Below the pieces are notes generated by a model, which searched no databases, was not told where the DNA came from, and was given only the letters and a program-made list of their open reading frames with translations. Source: Flavobacteriales bacterium (lineage in GTDB: Bacteria > Bacteroidota > Bacteroidia > Flavobacteriales > BACL11). From it: a DNA stretch of 64,000 nucleotides. Shown here in pieces: positions 10,054-19,300 of the stretch (the stretch's first letter is position 1; the number at the start of each line of letters is the position of its first letter). The translations under genes and the position numbers were made by a program. Location of the stretch: NCBI GenBank assembly GCA_002696275.1, contig NZRO01000025.1, forward strand, positions 108,670 through 172,669, given 5' to 3'.

Positions 10054-10690
10054 TCCCTCTGTAAACTAGTACGAGAGGAAAAAATTCAAGAATGCAAATA
10101 TATAGAAATAAATAAAACCTTGAAAGTCCGAAGGATTTTATTCCAATTTTTAGTTTCCAGTAAATTTTTAAAAAAAAGAATACTAGTAAAAAACTTAATA
10201 GCAACATTGAAGATATCTCTGTAATATCTGTAAAACAAAAATGAAACAATACTAACAAGGGATATGCAAATAAAGCAAAAACTTTATCAAATAAATTAGT
10301 AAAAAACAATGCTATATAGCTTATTTGTTTCATTTTTAATAAGATCCCTAAAAACCAAATGCAAGCAAACTTTAGAAAATAATACAAACTTGTATAAAAG
10401 ATCGTCATTAGGAGTGATGCTAAACTTACTTTTGATTGTAATAATACAGTGGAAACAAAAAAAGATATATTTAATATCATTAAAATTGTAAAAAGTATAT
10501 TTACCCTTTTTTTAAAAATATTATCATCCCTTAAATATTGATTAGCGTACCTCTGTCCAAAAGAACTTAGAATTAATTCTTTAGAATATTTATAATGAAA
10601 AGCATACAGTATGCCTATAATACAAAATGAAATTGTTAGTAGAATGAAACTTAAATTATTAGATTGATAACTTAGTTGAATAGCGTTCAT
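10040..10690 (-). CDS. DUF4271-like polytopic membrane protein
   Basis: 216 aa with about 6 TM segments. It sits upstream of and overlaps the HemD-like gene, a pairing I recognise from Flavobacteriia. Family assignment is by recollection only. Confidence 0.5.
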   Translation of the reverse strand: MNAIQLSYQSNNLSFILLTISFCIIGILYAFHYKYSKELILSSFGQRYANQYLRDDNIFKKRVNILFTILMILNISFFVSTVLLQSKVSLASLLMTIFYTSLYYFLKFACIWFLGILLKMKQISYIALFFTNLFDKVFALFAYPLLVLFHFCFTDITEISSMLLLSFLLVFFFLKIYWKLKIGIKSFGLSRFYLFLYICILEFFPLVLVYRGIVFA

Positions 10691-10707
10691 TATAAAAAAT
10701 TGAGTAA

Positions 10708-10715
10708 CAAAGATA
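10708..10715 (-). promoter_or_regulatory. -7 box (TATCTTTG on the minus strand) for the DUF4271/HemD-like pair
   Basis: CAAAGATA on the + strand, 17 nt upstream of the start at 10690. Confidence 0.5.
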
Positions 10716-10734
10716 CTGATAAGAGATTATTCAA

Positions 10735-10742
10735 TACTTTTG
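10735..10742 (+). promoter_or_regulatory. -7 box TACTTTTG for the acyl-CoA dehydrogenase gene
   Basis: Perfect TAnnTTTG match 27 nt upstream of the ATG at 10770. Confidence 0.55.
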
Positions 10743-10769
10743 CAGTGATAAAAATTTAAAAAAATAATT

Positions 10770-11948
10770 ATGTCACAAGATTTATATCAAGCTCCTGATT
10801 ATTTTTTGTTAGATGAATTACTAACAGAAGAACATAAGTTAATTCGGGATGCTGCAAGAGAATGGGTGAAAAGAGAGGTCTCTCCTATAATTGAAGAAGC
10901 TTGCCAGAAAGCTGAATTCCCAAAACAAATTATAAAGGGATTAGGTGAGATAGGTGGTTTCGGCCCGTATATTCCAATAGAATATGGGGGCGCTGGATTA
11001 GATCAAATTTCATACGGATTAATTATGCAAGAATTAGAAAGAGGAGATAGTGGCATTCGTTCCACCTCATCTGTACAATCTTCTTTGGTAATGTATCCAA
11101 TTTGGAAATATGGAAACGAAGAACAAAAAATGAAATTTTTACCCAAACTAGCGACAGGAGAATTTATCGGTTGTTTTGGATTAACAGAGCCTGATCACGG
11201 TTCAAATCCAGGAGCAATGGTAACAAATATCAAAGATATGGGCGATTATTATCTTTTAAATGGCGCTAAGATGTGGATTTCCAACGCTCCATTTGCAGAC
11301 ATTGCTGTTGTATGGGCAAAAAATGAAGAGGGAAGAATAAAAGGAGTGTTGGTGGAAAGAGGAATGGAAGGGTTTTCTACCCCTGAGACTCATGGTAAAT
11401 GGAGTTTAAGAGCTTCCTCTACTGGAGAGTTAGTATTTGACAATGTAAAAATTCCTAAAGACAATATTTTACCAAATAAAGATGGATTGGGAGCTCCTCT
11501 TGGTTGTTTAGATTCTGCAAGATATGGGATTGCTTGGGGAACTATAGGCACTGCAATGGACTGTTACGACACCGCATTAAGATATTCAAAAGAAAGGATT
11601 CAGTTTGGAAAACCAATTGCATCCTTTCAACTACAACAAAAAAAATTAGCAGAAATGATTACTGAAATTACAAAGGCCCAGTTCTTAACATGGAGATTGG
11701 GAGTCTTAAGGGATGAGGGAAGAGCAACTTCTGCGCAAATATCTATGTGTAAACGAAACAATGTAGAAATGGCTCTAAATATAGCAAGGGAAGCAAGACA
11801 AGTCTTAGGGGGTATGGGAATTACAGGAGAGTATTCTATCATGAGACATATGATGAACTTAGAGTCTGTGATTACATATGAAGGCACTCATGATATACAC
11901 CTATTAATTACTGGACTAGATATTACAGGAGAGAACGCGTTCAAATAA
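10770..11948 (+). CDS. acyl-CoA dehydrogenase, glutaryl-CoA dehydrogenase subgroup
   Basis: 392 aa. It has the acyl-CoA dehydrogenase N/M/C architecture with GLTEPDHGSNPG and C-terminal VITYEGTHDIHLLI. The N-terminus (APDYFLLDELLTEEH) is typical of the GcdH-like subgroup. Confidence 0.8.
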   Translation: MSQDLYQAPDYFLLDELLTEEHKLIRDAAREWVKREVSPIIEEACQKAEFPKQIIKGLGEIGGFGPYIPIEYGGAGLDQISYGLIMQELERGDSGIRSTSSVQSSLVMYPIWKYGNEEQKMKFLPKLATGEFIGCFGLTEPDHGSNPGAMVTNIKDMGDYYLLNGAKMWISNAPFADIAVVWAKNEEGRIKGVLVERGMEGFSTPETHGKWSLRASSTGELVFDNVKIPKDNILPNKDGLGAPLGCLDSARYGIAWGTIGTAMDCYDTALRYSKERIQFGKPIASFQLQQKKLAEMITEITKAQFLTWRLGVLRDEGRATSAQISMCKRNNVEMALNIAREARQVLGGMGITGEYSIMRHMMNLESVITYEGTHDIHLLITGLDITGENAFK

Positions 11949-12301
11949 TGAACAAAACTTTTAAAATTGTTGCATTTTTAGAGGGAGTATCATACATACT
12001 CCTTCTTTTTATAGCTGTTCCAATTAAATATTGGGCAGACGAGCCTAAATGGGTGGGTATTTTAGGAATGCCACACGGAATACTTTTTATATTATATATT
12101 TTATTATCTCTAATCCTAAAATATCCTAAAACATGGAACATGTTGGGACAACATATAAATCTAAAGATAAATATAGATAAGGCGCCTAAATGGGATTTCA
12201 AAGACCTTAGTATTATATTGTTCGCTTCAATACTTCCTTTTGGAACTTTTTATGTAGATCGAAAATATATGAAAGATAGTCTTATTTCTTCAAAAGCTTA
12301 G
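11948..12301 (+). CDS. DUF3817-like small membrane protein
   Basis: 117 aa. FLEGVSYILLLFIAVPIKY...GMPHG resembles DUF3817. Its start ATG (11948-11950) shares one base with the upstream TAA stop (TAATG). Confidence 0.55.
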   Translation: MNKTFKIVAFLEGVSYILLLFIAVPIKYWADEPKWVGILGMPHGILFILYILLSLILKYPKTWNMLGQHINLKINIDKAPKWDFKDLSIILFASILPFGTFYVDRKYMKDSLISSKA

Positions 12302-12848
12302 CGGCCTCAAGTAATTCTTTATACCAATCTTCTCCATACTTACGAATAAGTGGTTCTTTTAAAAAAATATATAGGGGAACCTCTAGCGCACTTCCACATT
12401 CACAGGCTGCTTGACATATTTTTATTTTCTCATAATTTACCGCGTCAAAATCTCGATATTCGTTTATACGAATTGGAAATAAATGACATGAAATAGGTTT
12501 TTTAAAATCGATCACTCCATCATTAAAAGCTTTTTCTATAGAACATTTAGCAATGCCATTTTCTAATGTCACAAAGGAACATTCTTTATTATTTACTAAA
12601 GTTGTTGTTAAATCATCTTCTGAATCATATACCGCCACCCCCTCATTCTCAACTACATCAATTCCTTCTTTTCTCATATAAGGCTTCACTTTTTCATAAA
12701 TCTCTTCTAAAATTCGCTTTTCTTCAGGAAGTAAAGGAGCTCCCGAATCTCCCTCTATACAGCAAGCTCCTTTACAAGCGTTTAAGTCGCATACAAAGTA
12801 TTTTTCAAATATATCTAAAGAAATTATTTTGTCTTCTACTTGAATCAT
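12282..12848 (-). CDS. DUF3109 family cysteine-rich protein
   Basis: 188 aa. The N-terminus IQVEDKIISLDIFEKYFVCDLNACKGACCIEGDSGAPL is characteristic of DUF3109, and there are additional C-terminal Cys clusters. Confidence 0.65.
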   Translation of the reverse strand: MIQVEDKIISLDIFEKYFVCDLNACKGACCIEGDSGAPLLPEEKRILEEIYEKVKPYMRKEGIDVVENEGVAVYDSEDDLTTTLVNNKECSFVTLENGIAKCSIEKAFNDGVIDFKKPISCHLFPIRINEYRDFDAVNYEKIKICQAACECGSALEVPLYIFLKEPLIRKYGEDWYKELLEAAKLLKK

Positions 12849-12852
12849 ATAG

Positions 12853-12860
12853 CAAATCTA
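12853..12860 (-). promoter_or_regulatory. -7 box (TAGATTTG on the minus strand) for the DUF3109 gene
   Basis: CAAATCTA on the + strand, only 4 nt upstream of the start codon at 12848. Confidence 0.55.
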
Positions 12861-12882
12861 CATAAATAATATTTTGATTTAC

Positions 12883-12890
12883 TATTTTTG
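12883..12890 (+). promoter_or_regulatory. -7 box TATTTTTG for glyQS
   Basis: Perfect TAnnTTTG match 4 nt upstream of the ATG at 12895. It lies inside the over-extended track ORF that starts at 12874. Confidence 0.55.
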
Positions 12891-12894
12891 CTCT

Positions 12895-14430
12895 ATGGCA
12901 AACTATGAAGACATCTTTAAAAAAGTAGTATCCCACGCTAAAGAGTATGGTTATGTATTTCAATCCTCCGAAATTTATGATGGATTAGCAGCAGCTTACG
13001 ATTATGGTCCGTTTGGGGTAGAGTTAAAAAACAACATTAAAAACTATTGGTGGAAATCCATGGTGAATATGCATGAAAATATTGTAGGATTAGATTCTGC
13101 AATTTTTATGCACCCAACTACTTGGAGAGCCTCTGGTCATTTGGACGCATTTAACGATCCTTTAATTGACAATAAAGATTCTAAAAAAAGATATAGAGCA
13201 GATGTTCTGATTGAAAATCATATTTCAAAAATTGAAGCTAAGATTGAAAAAGATTGTGTAAAAGCCGCTAAGCGCTTTGGAGACGACTTTAATAGAGAAG
13301 AGTTTGTTTCTACCAATGGAAGAGTTTTGGAAAGGCAGAAAAAAATTGATGAAATCAACGAAAAGATGAACTCTTCTCTTTCTTCTGGAAATTTAGAAGC
13401 TGTAAAATCTTTAGTTGAAGAGTTAGATATAAAATGTCCTGTTTCTGGGACAAATAACTGGACAGATGTTCGTCAGTTTAATTTAATGTTTAAAACACAA
13501 ATGGGATCTACTGCGGATGCGTCTTCTGATTTGTATTTAAGACCGGAAACAGCACAAGGAATTTTTGTAAACTTCTTGAATGTGCAAAAAACTGCAAGAA
13601 TGAAAATCCCTTTTGGGATTGCTCAAATCGGTAAAGCCTTCAGGAATGAAATTGTCGCTCGTCAGTTTATTTTTAGAATGAGAGAATTCGAACAAATGGA
13701 AATGCAATTTTTTGTTCGGCCTGGTGAAGAAATGAAATGGTACGAATACTGGAAGGAATTCAGAATGAAATGGCACCAATCCTTAGGAATAGGAGAAGAT
13801 AATTATCGTTTTCACGATCATGAAGCCCTGGCACATTATGCAAATGCTGCTACTGATATTGAATTTAAATTTCCTTTTGGGTTTAAAGAGTTAGAAGGTA
13901 TTCACTCTAGAACTGATTTTGATTTAAAAGCACACCAAGAATTTTCTGGAAAGAAAATACAGTATTTTGATGCTGAAATAAATGAAAGCTATGTACCTTA
14001 TGTTGTAGAAACTTCTATTGGGCTTGACAGGATGTTCCTTACTATTTTGAGTAATTCTTTCAGAGAGGAGGAGTTAGAAAATGGGGACAGTAGAGCCATG
14101 CTTAAAATTCCTGCTGTTTTGGCTCCATTAAAAGCTGCCATCCTACCGCTTACCAAAAAAGATGGAATGCCAGAAAAAGCAAGAGAAATCATGAAGTCTC
14201 TTCAAACAGACTTTAATTGTCAGTATGAAGAAAAAGATTCTATCGGAAAAAGATATAGAAGACAAGATGCTATTGGAACACCATTCTGTATTACGGTTGA
14301 TCATCAAACTTTAGAAGATAATACAGTAACTTTACGGGACAGGGATTCTATGAATCAAGAAAGATGTTCAGTAGAAAAATTACATTCCATCATTTCTGAA
14401 AAGGTAAATATTGCTAAATATTTATTTTAG
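12895..14430 (+). CDS. glyQS: glycine--tRNA ligase (homodimeric class II type)
   Basis: The N-terminus reads MANYEDIFKKVVSHAKEYGYVFQSSEIYDGL. Class II motifs are present (YLRPETAQGIF, FRNEI, SIGLDR), followed by an anticodon-binding C-terminal domain. I moved the start to the first ATG (12895) because the -7 box lies within the 12874 extension. Confidence 0.9.
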   Translation: MANYEDIFKKVVSHAKEYGYVFQSSEIYDGLAAAYDYGPFGVELKNNIKNYWWKSMVNMHENIVGLDSAIFMHPTTWRASGHLDAFNDPLIDNKDSKKRYRADVLIENHISKIEAKIEKDCVKAAKRFGDDFNREEFVSTNGRVLERQKKIDEINEKMNSSLSSGNLEAVKSLVEELDIKCPVSGTNNWTDVRQFNLMFKTQMGSTADASSDLYLRPETAQGIFVNFLNVQKTARMKIPFGIAQIGKAFRNEIVARQFIFRMREFEQMEMQFFVRPGEEMKWYEYWKEFRMKWHQSLGIGEDNYRFHDHEALAHYANAATDIEFKFPFGFKELEGIHSRTDFDLKAHQEFSGKKIQYFDAEINESYVPYVVETSIGLDRMFLTILSNSFREEELENGDSRAMLKIPAVLAPLKAAILPLTKKDGMPEKAREIMKSLQTDFNCQYEEKDSIGKRYRRQDAIGTPFCITVDHQTLEDNTVTLRDRDSMNQERCSVEKLHSIISEKVNIAKYLF

Positions 14431-14780
14431 TTCTCTCCTTTAGAAGTAACGGAGATTTTATCAAATGTTGCGTCAATTGGTGGTTGAATTTTTTCTAACT
14501 CCACTTCAACTTTTTGCACCTTATTTAAAGTTAAGATTTTATCAACAATTCTTTTTGCTGGAACCTCAATCATGTCTGCTCTTATTGACATTTGCTCCTT
14601 TACAATTTCAATGATTTTTACATAATCAACTGTGTCGTTTAAATCATCTGATGTTTCTACTTCAGATGTATCTGCAGTAACCCAAACATTCACAATAAAA
14701 TGACCTCCTAGAATTGCTTCCTCAGGCAAATGTCCATGAAATGCAAAAACTCTAATTCCTTCTACAGTAATTAATCCCAT
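14427..14780 (-). CDS. folB: dihydroneopterin aldolase
   Basis: 117 aa. GIRVFAFHGHLPEEAILGGHFIVNV and DDLNDTVDY match FolB-family motifs. Confidence 0.85.
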   Translation of the reverse strand: MGLITVEGIRVFAFHGHLPEEAILGGHFIVNVWVTADTSEVETSDDLNDTVDYVKIIEIVKEQMSIRADMIEVPAKRIVDKILTLNKVQKVEVELEKIQPPIDATFDKISVTSKGEN

Positions 14781-16303
14781 TAGTTTATTTTTTCTAAAGC
14801 GGTTTCCATTCTTTTAATTGTTTCTTCTTTTCCCAAGAGTGATGAAATATCAAACAGAGAAGGCCCCATACCAAGTCCTGTTAAAGAGACCCTAAATGCG
14901 GGTAATAATTTACCCATTCCTAACTTATTTTCCTCTAAGAACGATTTAAATTCTTTTTCAATATTTTCAGATGAAAAATCTGAAATTGCTTCTATTCTAT
15001 TTTTAAATTCTGACAATAAATTTGATGTGTCTTCTTTCCATTTTTTACGGATTGTTTTTTCATCATAAGATGTGGGAGCTACAAAATAGTACTTCCCTTC
15101 TTCCCACATATCCCTCACAAAAGTTGCTCTTTCTTTTAATTGCTCACAAACTTTTCCTACATAATCATCATTTGCAACTACCCCATTTTGTTTTAAGATC
15201 TCTTGTAAATCTTTTGCTAAATCTTCTTTTGATTTTGCTCGTAAATATTGCTGATTAAACCATCTTGTTTTGTCAAAATCAAATTTTGCCGCGGATTTAC
15301 CTACCCGTTCTAAAGAAAAAGATTCGCATAATTCATTCATAGAAAACAATTCCTTTGAAGTTCCGGGGTTCCATCCTAAAAAAGCCAACATATTAATGAA
15401 TGCTTCTGGCAAATATCCACTTTCTCTATATCCTGAACTGACGTCTCCAGTTTCTGGATTTGTCCACTCAGTAGGGAATACCGGAAACCCTAATCTATCT
15501 CCATCTCTTTTACTTAACTTACCGTTTCCATCCGGCTTTAAGATTAAAGGTAAATGAGCAAATTCTGGTATTTTTTCTTCCCAACCTAAATATCTATACA
15601 ACAACACATGTAAAGGGGCGGAAGGCAGCCACTCCTCTCCTCTTATTACATGAGAAATTTTCATAGTATAATCATCTACTACATTAGCTAAATGATAGGT
15701 TGGCATTCCATCTGATTTAAAAATGACCTTGTCATCCATGTTATTAGTGTTTACTACAACCCATCCTCTAATGATGTCATTAAGTTTTACTTCTTCATTT
15801 CTGGGCATTTTTATTCTAATGACATAAGAATCTCCCCCTTCTATTCTTTTTTTTACTTCACTTTCAGAAAGTGACAAGGAGTTTTGCATTGTTGTTCTGG
15901 TAATTGCATTATATTGAGGAGAAGGAACTCCTGCTGCTTTCATTCTTTCTCTCATTTTGGTTAGTTCCTCTGAGGTGTCAAAAGCATAATACGCAAAACC
16001 ATTTCTTACCAACTGCTCAGCATAAGGCAAGTATATTTCTTTTCTTTCCGATTGTCTGTATGGTCCAAACTGACCCCCGTCAACTACGGATTCATCTAAT
16101 TTAATACCACACCATCTAAGTGCGTCTATTAAATATTCTTCCGCCCCAGCTACAAATCTAGTCTGATCAGTATCTTCTACGCGTAAAATCATCTTTCCTC
16201 CTGTTTTTTTTGCAAAAAGATAATTGTATAATGCGGTTCTAACTCCTCCAATATGTAATGGTCCTGTAGGACTTGGGGCAAATCTTACTCTTACTTCTGA
16301 CAT
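14780..16303 (-). CDS. gltX: glutamate--tRNA ligase
   Basis: The HIGH motif (PSPTGPLHIGG) and a KMSKS-type motif (KLSKR) are present. I moved the start to Met17 of the track ORF (MSEVRVRFAPSP...), because a -7 box sits at 16339-16346 inside the longer version. Confidence 0.9.
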   Translation of the reverse strand: MSEVRVRFAPSPTGPLHIGGVRTALYNYLFAKKTGGKMILRVEDTDQTRFVAGAEEYLIDALRWCGIKLDESVVDGGQFGPYRQSERKEIYLPYAEQLVRNGFAYYAFDTSEELTKMRERMKAAGVPSPQYNAITRTTMQNSLSLSESEVKKRIEGGDSYVIRIKMPRNEEVKLNDIIRGWVVVNTNNMDDKVIFKSDGMPTYHLANVVDDYTMKISHVIRGEEWLPSAPLHVLLYRYLGWEEKIPEFAHLPLILKPDGNGKLSKRDGDRLGFPVFPTEWTNPETGDVSSGYRESGYLPEAFINMLAFLGWNPGTSKELFSMNELCESFSLERVGKSAAKFDFDKTRWFNQQYLRAKSKEDLAKDLQEILKQNGVVANDDYVGKVCEQLKERATFVRDMWEEGKYYFVAPTSYDEKTIRKKWKEDTSNLLSEFKNRIEAISDFSSENIEKEFKSFLEENKLGMGKLLPAFRVSLTGLGMGPSLFDISSLLGKEETIKRMETALEKIN

Positions 16304-16338
16304 CTTTGTTCTCAATTTAGGCGGTAAAGATAATGCTT

Positions 16339-16346
16339 CAAAATTA
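16339..16346 (-). promoter_or_regulatory. -7 box (TAATTTTG on the minus strand) for gltX
   Basis: CAAAATTA on the + strand, 35 nt upstream of the proposed gltX start at 16303. Confidence 0.5.
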
Positions 16347-16375
16347 TTCATTTGTCTTTAACAGATATAAAATTG

Positions 16376-16383
16376 TATTTTTG
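16376..16383 (+). promoter_or_regulatory. -7 box TATTTTTG, with -33 TTTG at 16351-16354, for the DUF4175-like gene
   Basis: TTTG-N21-TATTTTTG. The box ends 7 nt before the ATG at 16391. Confidence 0.6.
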
Positions 16384-16390
16384 CATTCTG

Positions 16391-19300
16391 ATGAAAGAAA
16401 GTGAAAACAATTTATTATTTGATAAATTAAATAGATTTATCAATAAGTATTATAAAAATAAAATCCTCAAAGGGCTTATATTTTTACTTTCATCCTTATT
16501 AATTTTTCTATTGTTTTTCTCTTTTATAGAATATTTTTCAAGATTAAGTTCTTTTGGAAGAGGTGTTCTTTTTTGGATTTACTGCTCGTTAAATCTAATT
16601 ATATTAATTAAATTTATTGTTGTTCCCTTAACACAGCTGTTGCGAATTGGTAAAACCATTTCGTTTTCTGACGCTGCCAAAATTATTGGCAGGCATTTCC
16701 CAGAGATTGATGACAAAATACTTAATATTTTACAGCTAAATGAATTATCGGATTCCGATAATCTATTAATTCAAGCAAGTATCACGCAAAAAACCGAAAG
16801 TATTCAATCCTTTTCTTTCAGTAATAGTATAAATTTTAAGGAAAATAAAAAGCATCTAAAATGGATCGCTGTGCCTTCTCTATTGATTTTTCTATTTTTT
16901 ATTACTGGAAACAAACACATTATTACAGCGAGTTCTGCAAGAATAGTTGATCATAACACAGAGTATGATCTAGAAGCTCCTTTTAAATTTATTATAAACA
17001 ATAAAAAATTAGAAATTATTCAACAAGAAGATTTTGAGCTGGATATTGATGTGGAAGGATCGAAAATTCCTAATAATATCTATATTGAAATCGAAAATAA
17101 CAGATTCAGTTTAAAAAAGAATGATTTTACAAATTTTCGATTTTTATTTAAAAATGTTGTTTCCGATATTAATTTTAAATTATATGCTGATGGTTTTTAT
17201 TCAGAATCCTTCTGTTTAAAAACTATACAAAAACCTAATATATTAGAGTTTAATACAATTTTACACTACCCTGCTTACACGAAGAAAAAAAATGAGATCT
17301 TATCAAATATTGGAGATTTAATAATTCCTGAGGGAACCATAGTTAGCTGGGGTTTTGAATTTAAAAATACGGACTCACTATACTTTCTTTATAAAAATAA
17401 ATTAGAAAAACACAAGGTTATAAACGACTCTATATCTATACAGAAAACCCTATTAGAAGATGAGACATATTTTGTATCTGTTTCTAATGAAAATATAAAA
17501 TCAACTTACACACAATATGATATACAGGTTCTAATAGATGAGTTTCCAAATATAAACCTTGAGGCAAATTTGGACAGCGCTAATAATATATTATATTTTG
17601 AAGGAATTGTTTCCGATGATTATGCGATATCAAAACTAGAATTCAATTATGAGATCATTAGAAATGATACTAGCCTGAAAATTAATGAAAATTTGATCGT
17701 TAACCATACATCGAGCGAGAATTATTATCATTTTTTAGATATACAAAATCTCAATCTCGCACCATCTGATGAGATAAATTATTATTTTGAAGTTTGGGAC
17801 AACGACAAAGTTAATGGTCATAAGTCGAAAAAAAGTTTTATTGGTAAACATAAAGAACTTTCAGAAGATAAATTAAAGGAACAAAGAGATGAGGAAAGCA
17901 AAAAAGTAAAAAACGGAATGGACAAGTCTATTGAATTAGCCAAAGCGATAGAAAAAGACATTGAAGAATTGAAAAAAAGTTTAATTGAAAAAAAATCATT
18001 AGGTTGGGAAGAAAGAAAGAAGGCTGAAAATATTATTAAAAAACATAAGAATCTCGAAAATCAAATCCAAAAAAACAACATAAAAAACTATAAAAAAAAT
18101 TTAACAAACGAAAAACTAAACACTTCAATTCTAAAAAAACAAAAACAATTAGAGGATTTAATGGATAAGGTTTTAGATGACGAAAGTAAAAAGTTAATGC
18201 AGGAACTTCAAGATCTCCTTGAGGAAATGAATAAAAAAGAAATGAAGGATGTGTTAGATAGGATAGATCAAGAAAACACAGATTTAGAAAAAGAGTTAGA
18301 TAGAAATCTGGAACTCTATAAAGAATTAGAGTTTGAACAAAAGTTAGAAGAAACTATTGAGAAAATTGAGAATATAAAGGAAAGGCAAATAGAACTAAAA
18401 AAAGAAACAGAGGATAAAAATTCAAATACAGAAGATCTTTCTAAAATACAAGATAAATTACAAAAGGATTTTCAAAAACTGGAGGAAGAAATAAAAAATC
18501 TAGAAAAGAAAAATTCTGATTTAGAAGACAAAAAAAACCTGCCAAAAACTGAGGAGGAACAAAAACAGGCTTCTAAATCTATGGAGGAAAGCAAAAGTTC
18601 TTTAGATAAAAAACAAAAAAATAAATCCTCGAAAAAACAAGAAAAAGTAATTGAAAAATTAGAAGAAATATCAGAAAAGATGGCGGGACTTCAAAGTTCT
18701 TGTTCGAACGATAAACCAATGGAAAACATGGAGACTCTTCGTCAGATTTTAGAAAACCTTATAACACTTTCTTTTAATCAAGAAGAGTTGATACATAATA
18801 TCTCTTCTATACCAAAAAACAGTACCAACATTGTTAAATATATTAAGGAACAGAAAAAGTTATCAGAAAACTCTAAAATCATTGAAGACTCCTTATTTGC
18901 TTTAAGTAAAAGAGTGATACAGATTGAATCATTAATAAACAAAGAGATAAGCGCGATTAATTACAATATCGACAAATCCATTTCGCTACTTGAAGAAAGA
19001 AAAGTAAATCAAGGACTTTCTAAACAACAATTTACAATGACATCTGTAAACAACCTGGCTTTATTACTTTCCGAAACCCTAAAGCAAATGCAGATGGACA
19101 TGGCAAATAAAACACCTGGTAGTAAACAGTGTAATAAACCAGGTAGTTCATCAAAACCATCACTTAAAGAACTAAAAAAGATGCAAGAAAGCCTTAAAAA
19201 TGAAATGAAAGGAAAAAGTGGAAATGAGGGAGAAAAAGGAAAGAAAAAAGGAGAAAATAAATCAGAGGAGGGGGAGAGTAGACGATTAATGCAGATGGCT

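Noticed and set aside
12849-12861. A shared 13-mer, tagcaaatctaca, also present at 28455-28467, which might be a dispersed repeat.
   Set aside because: Both copies coincide with minus-strand -7 promoter boxes (TAGATTTG) directly upstream of a gene start. The similarity is explained by promoter consensus plus AT-rich context.
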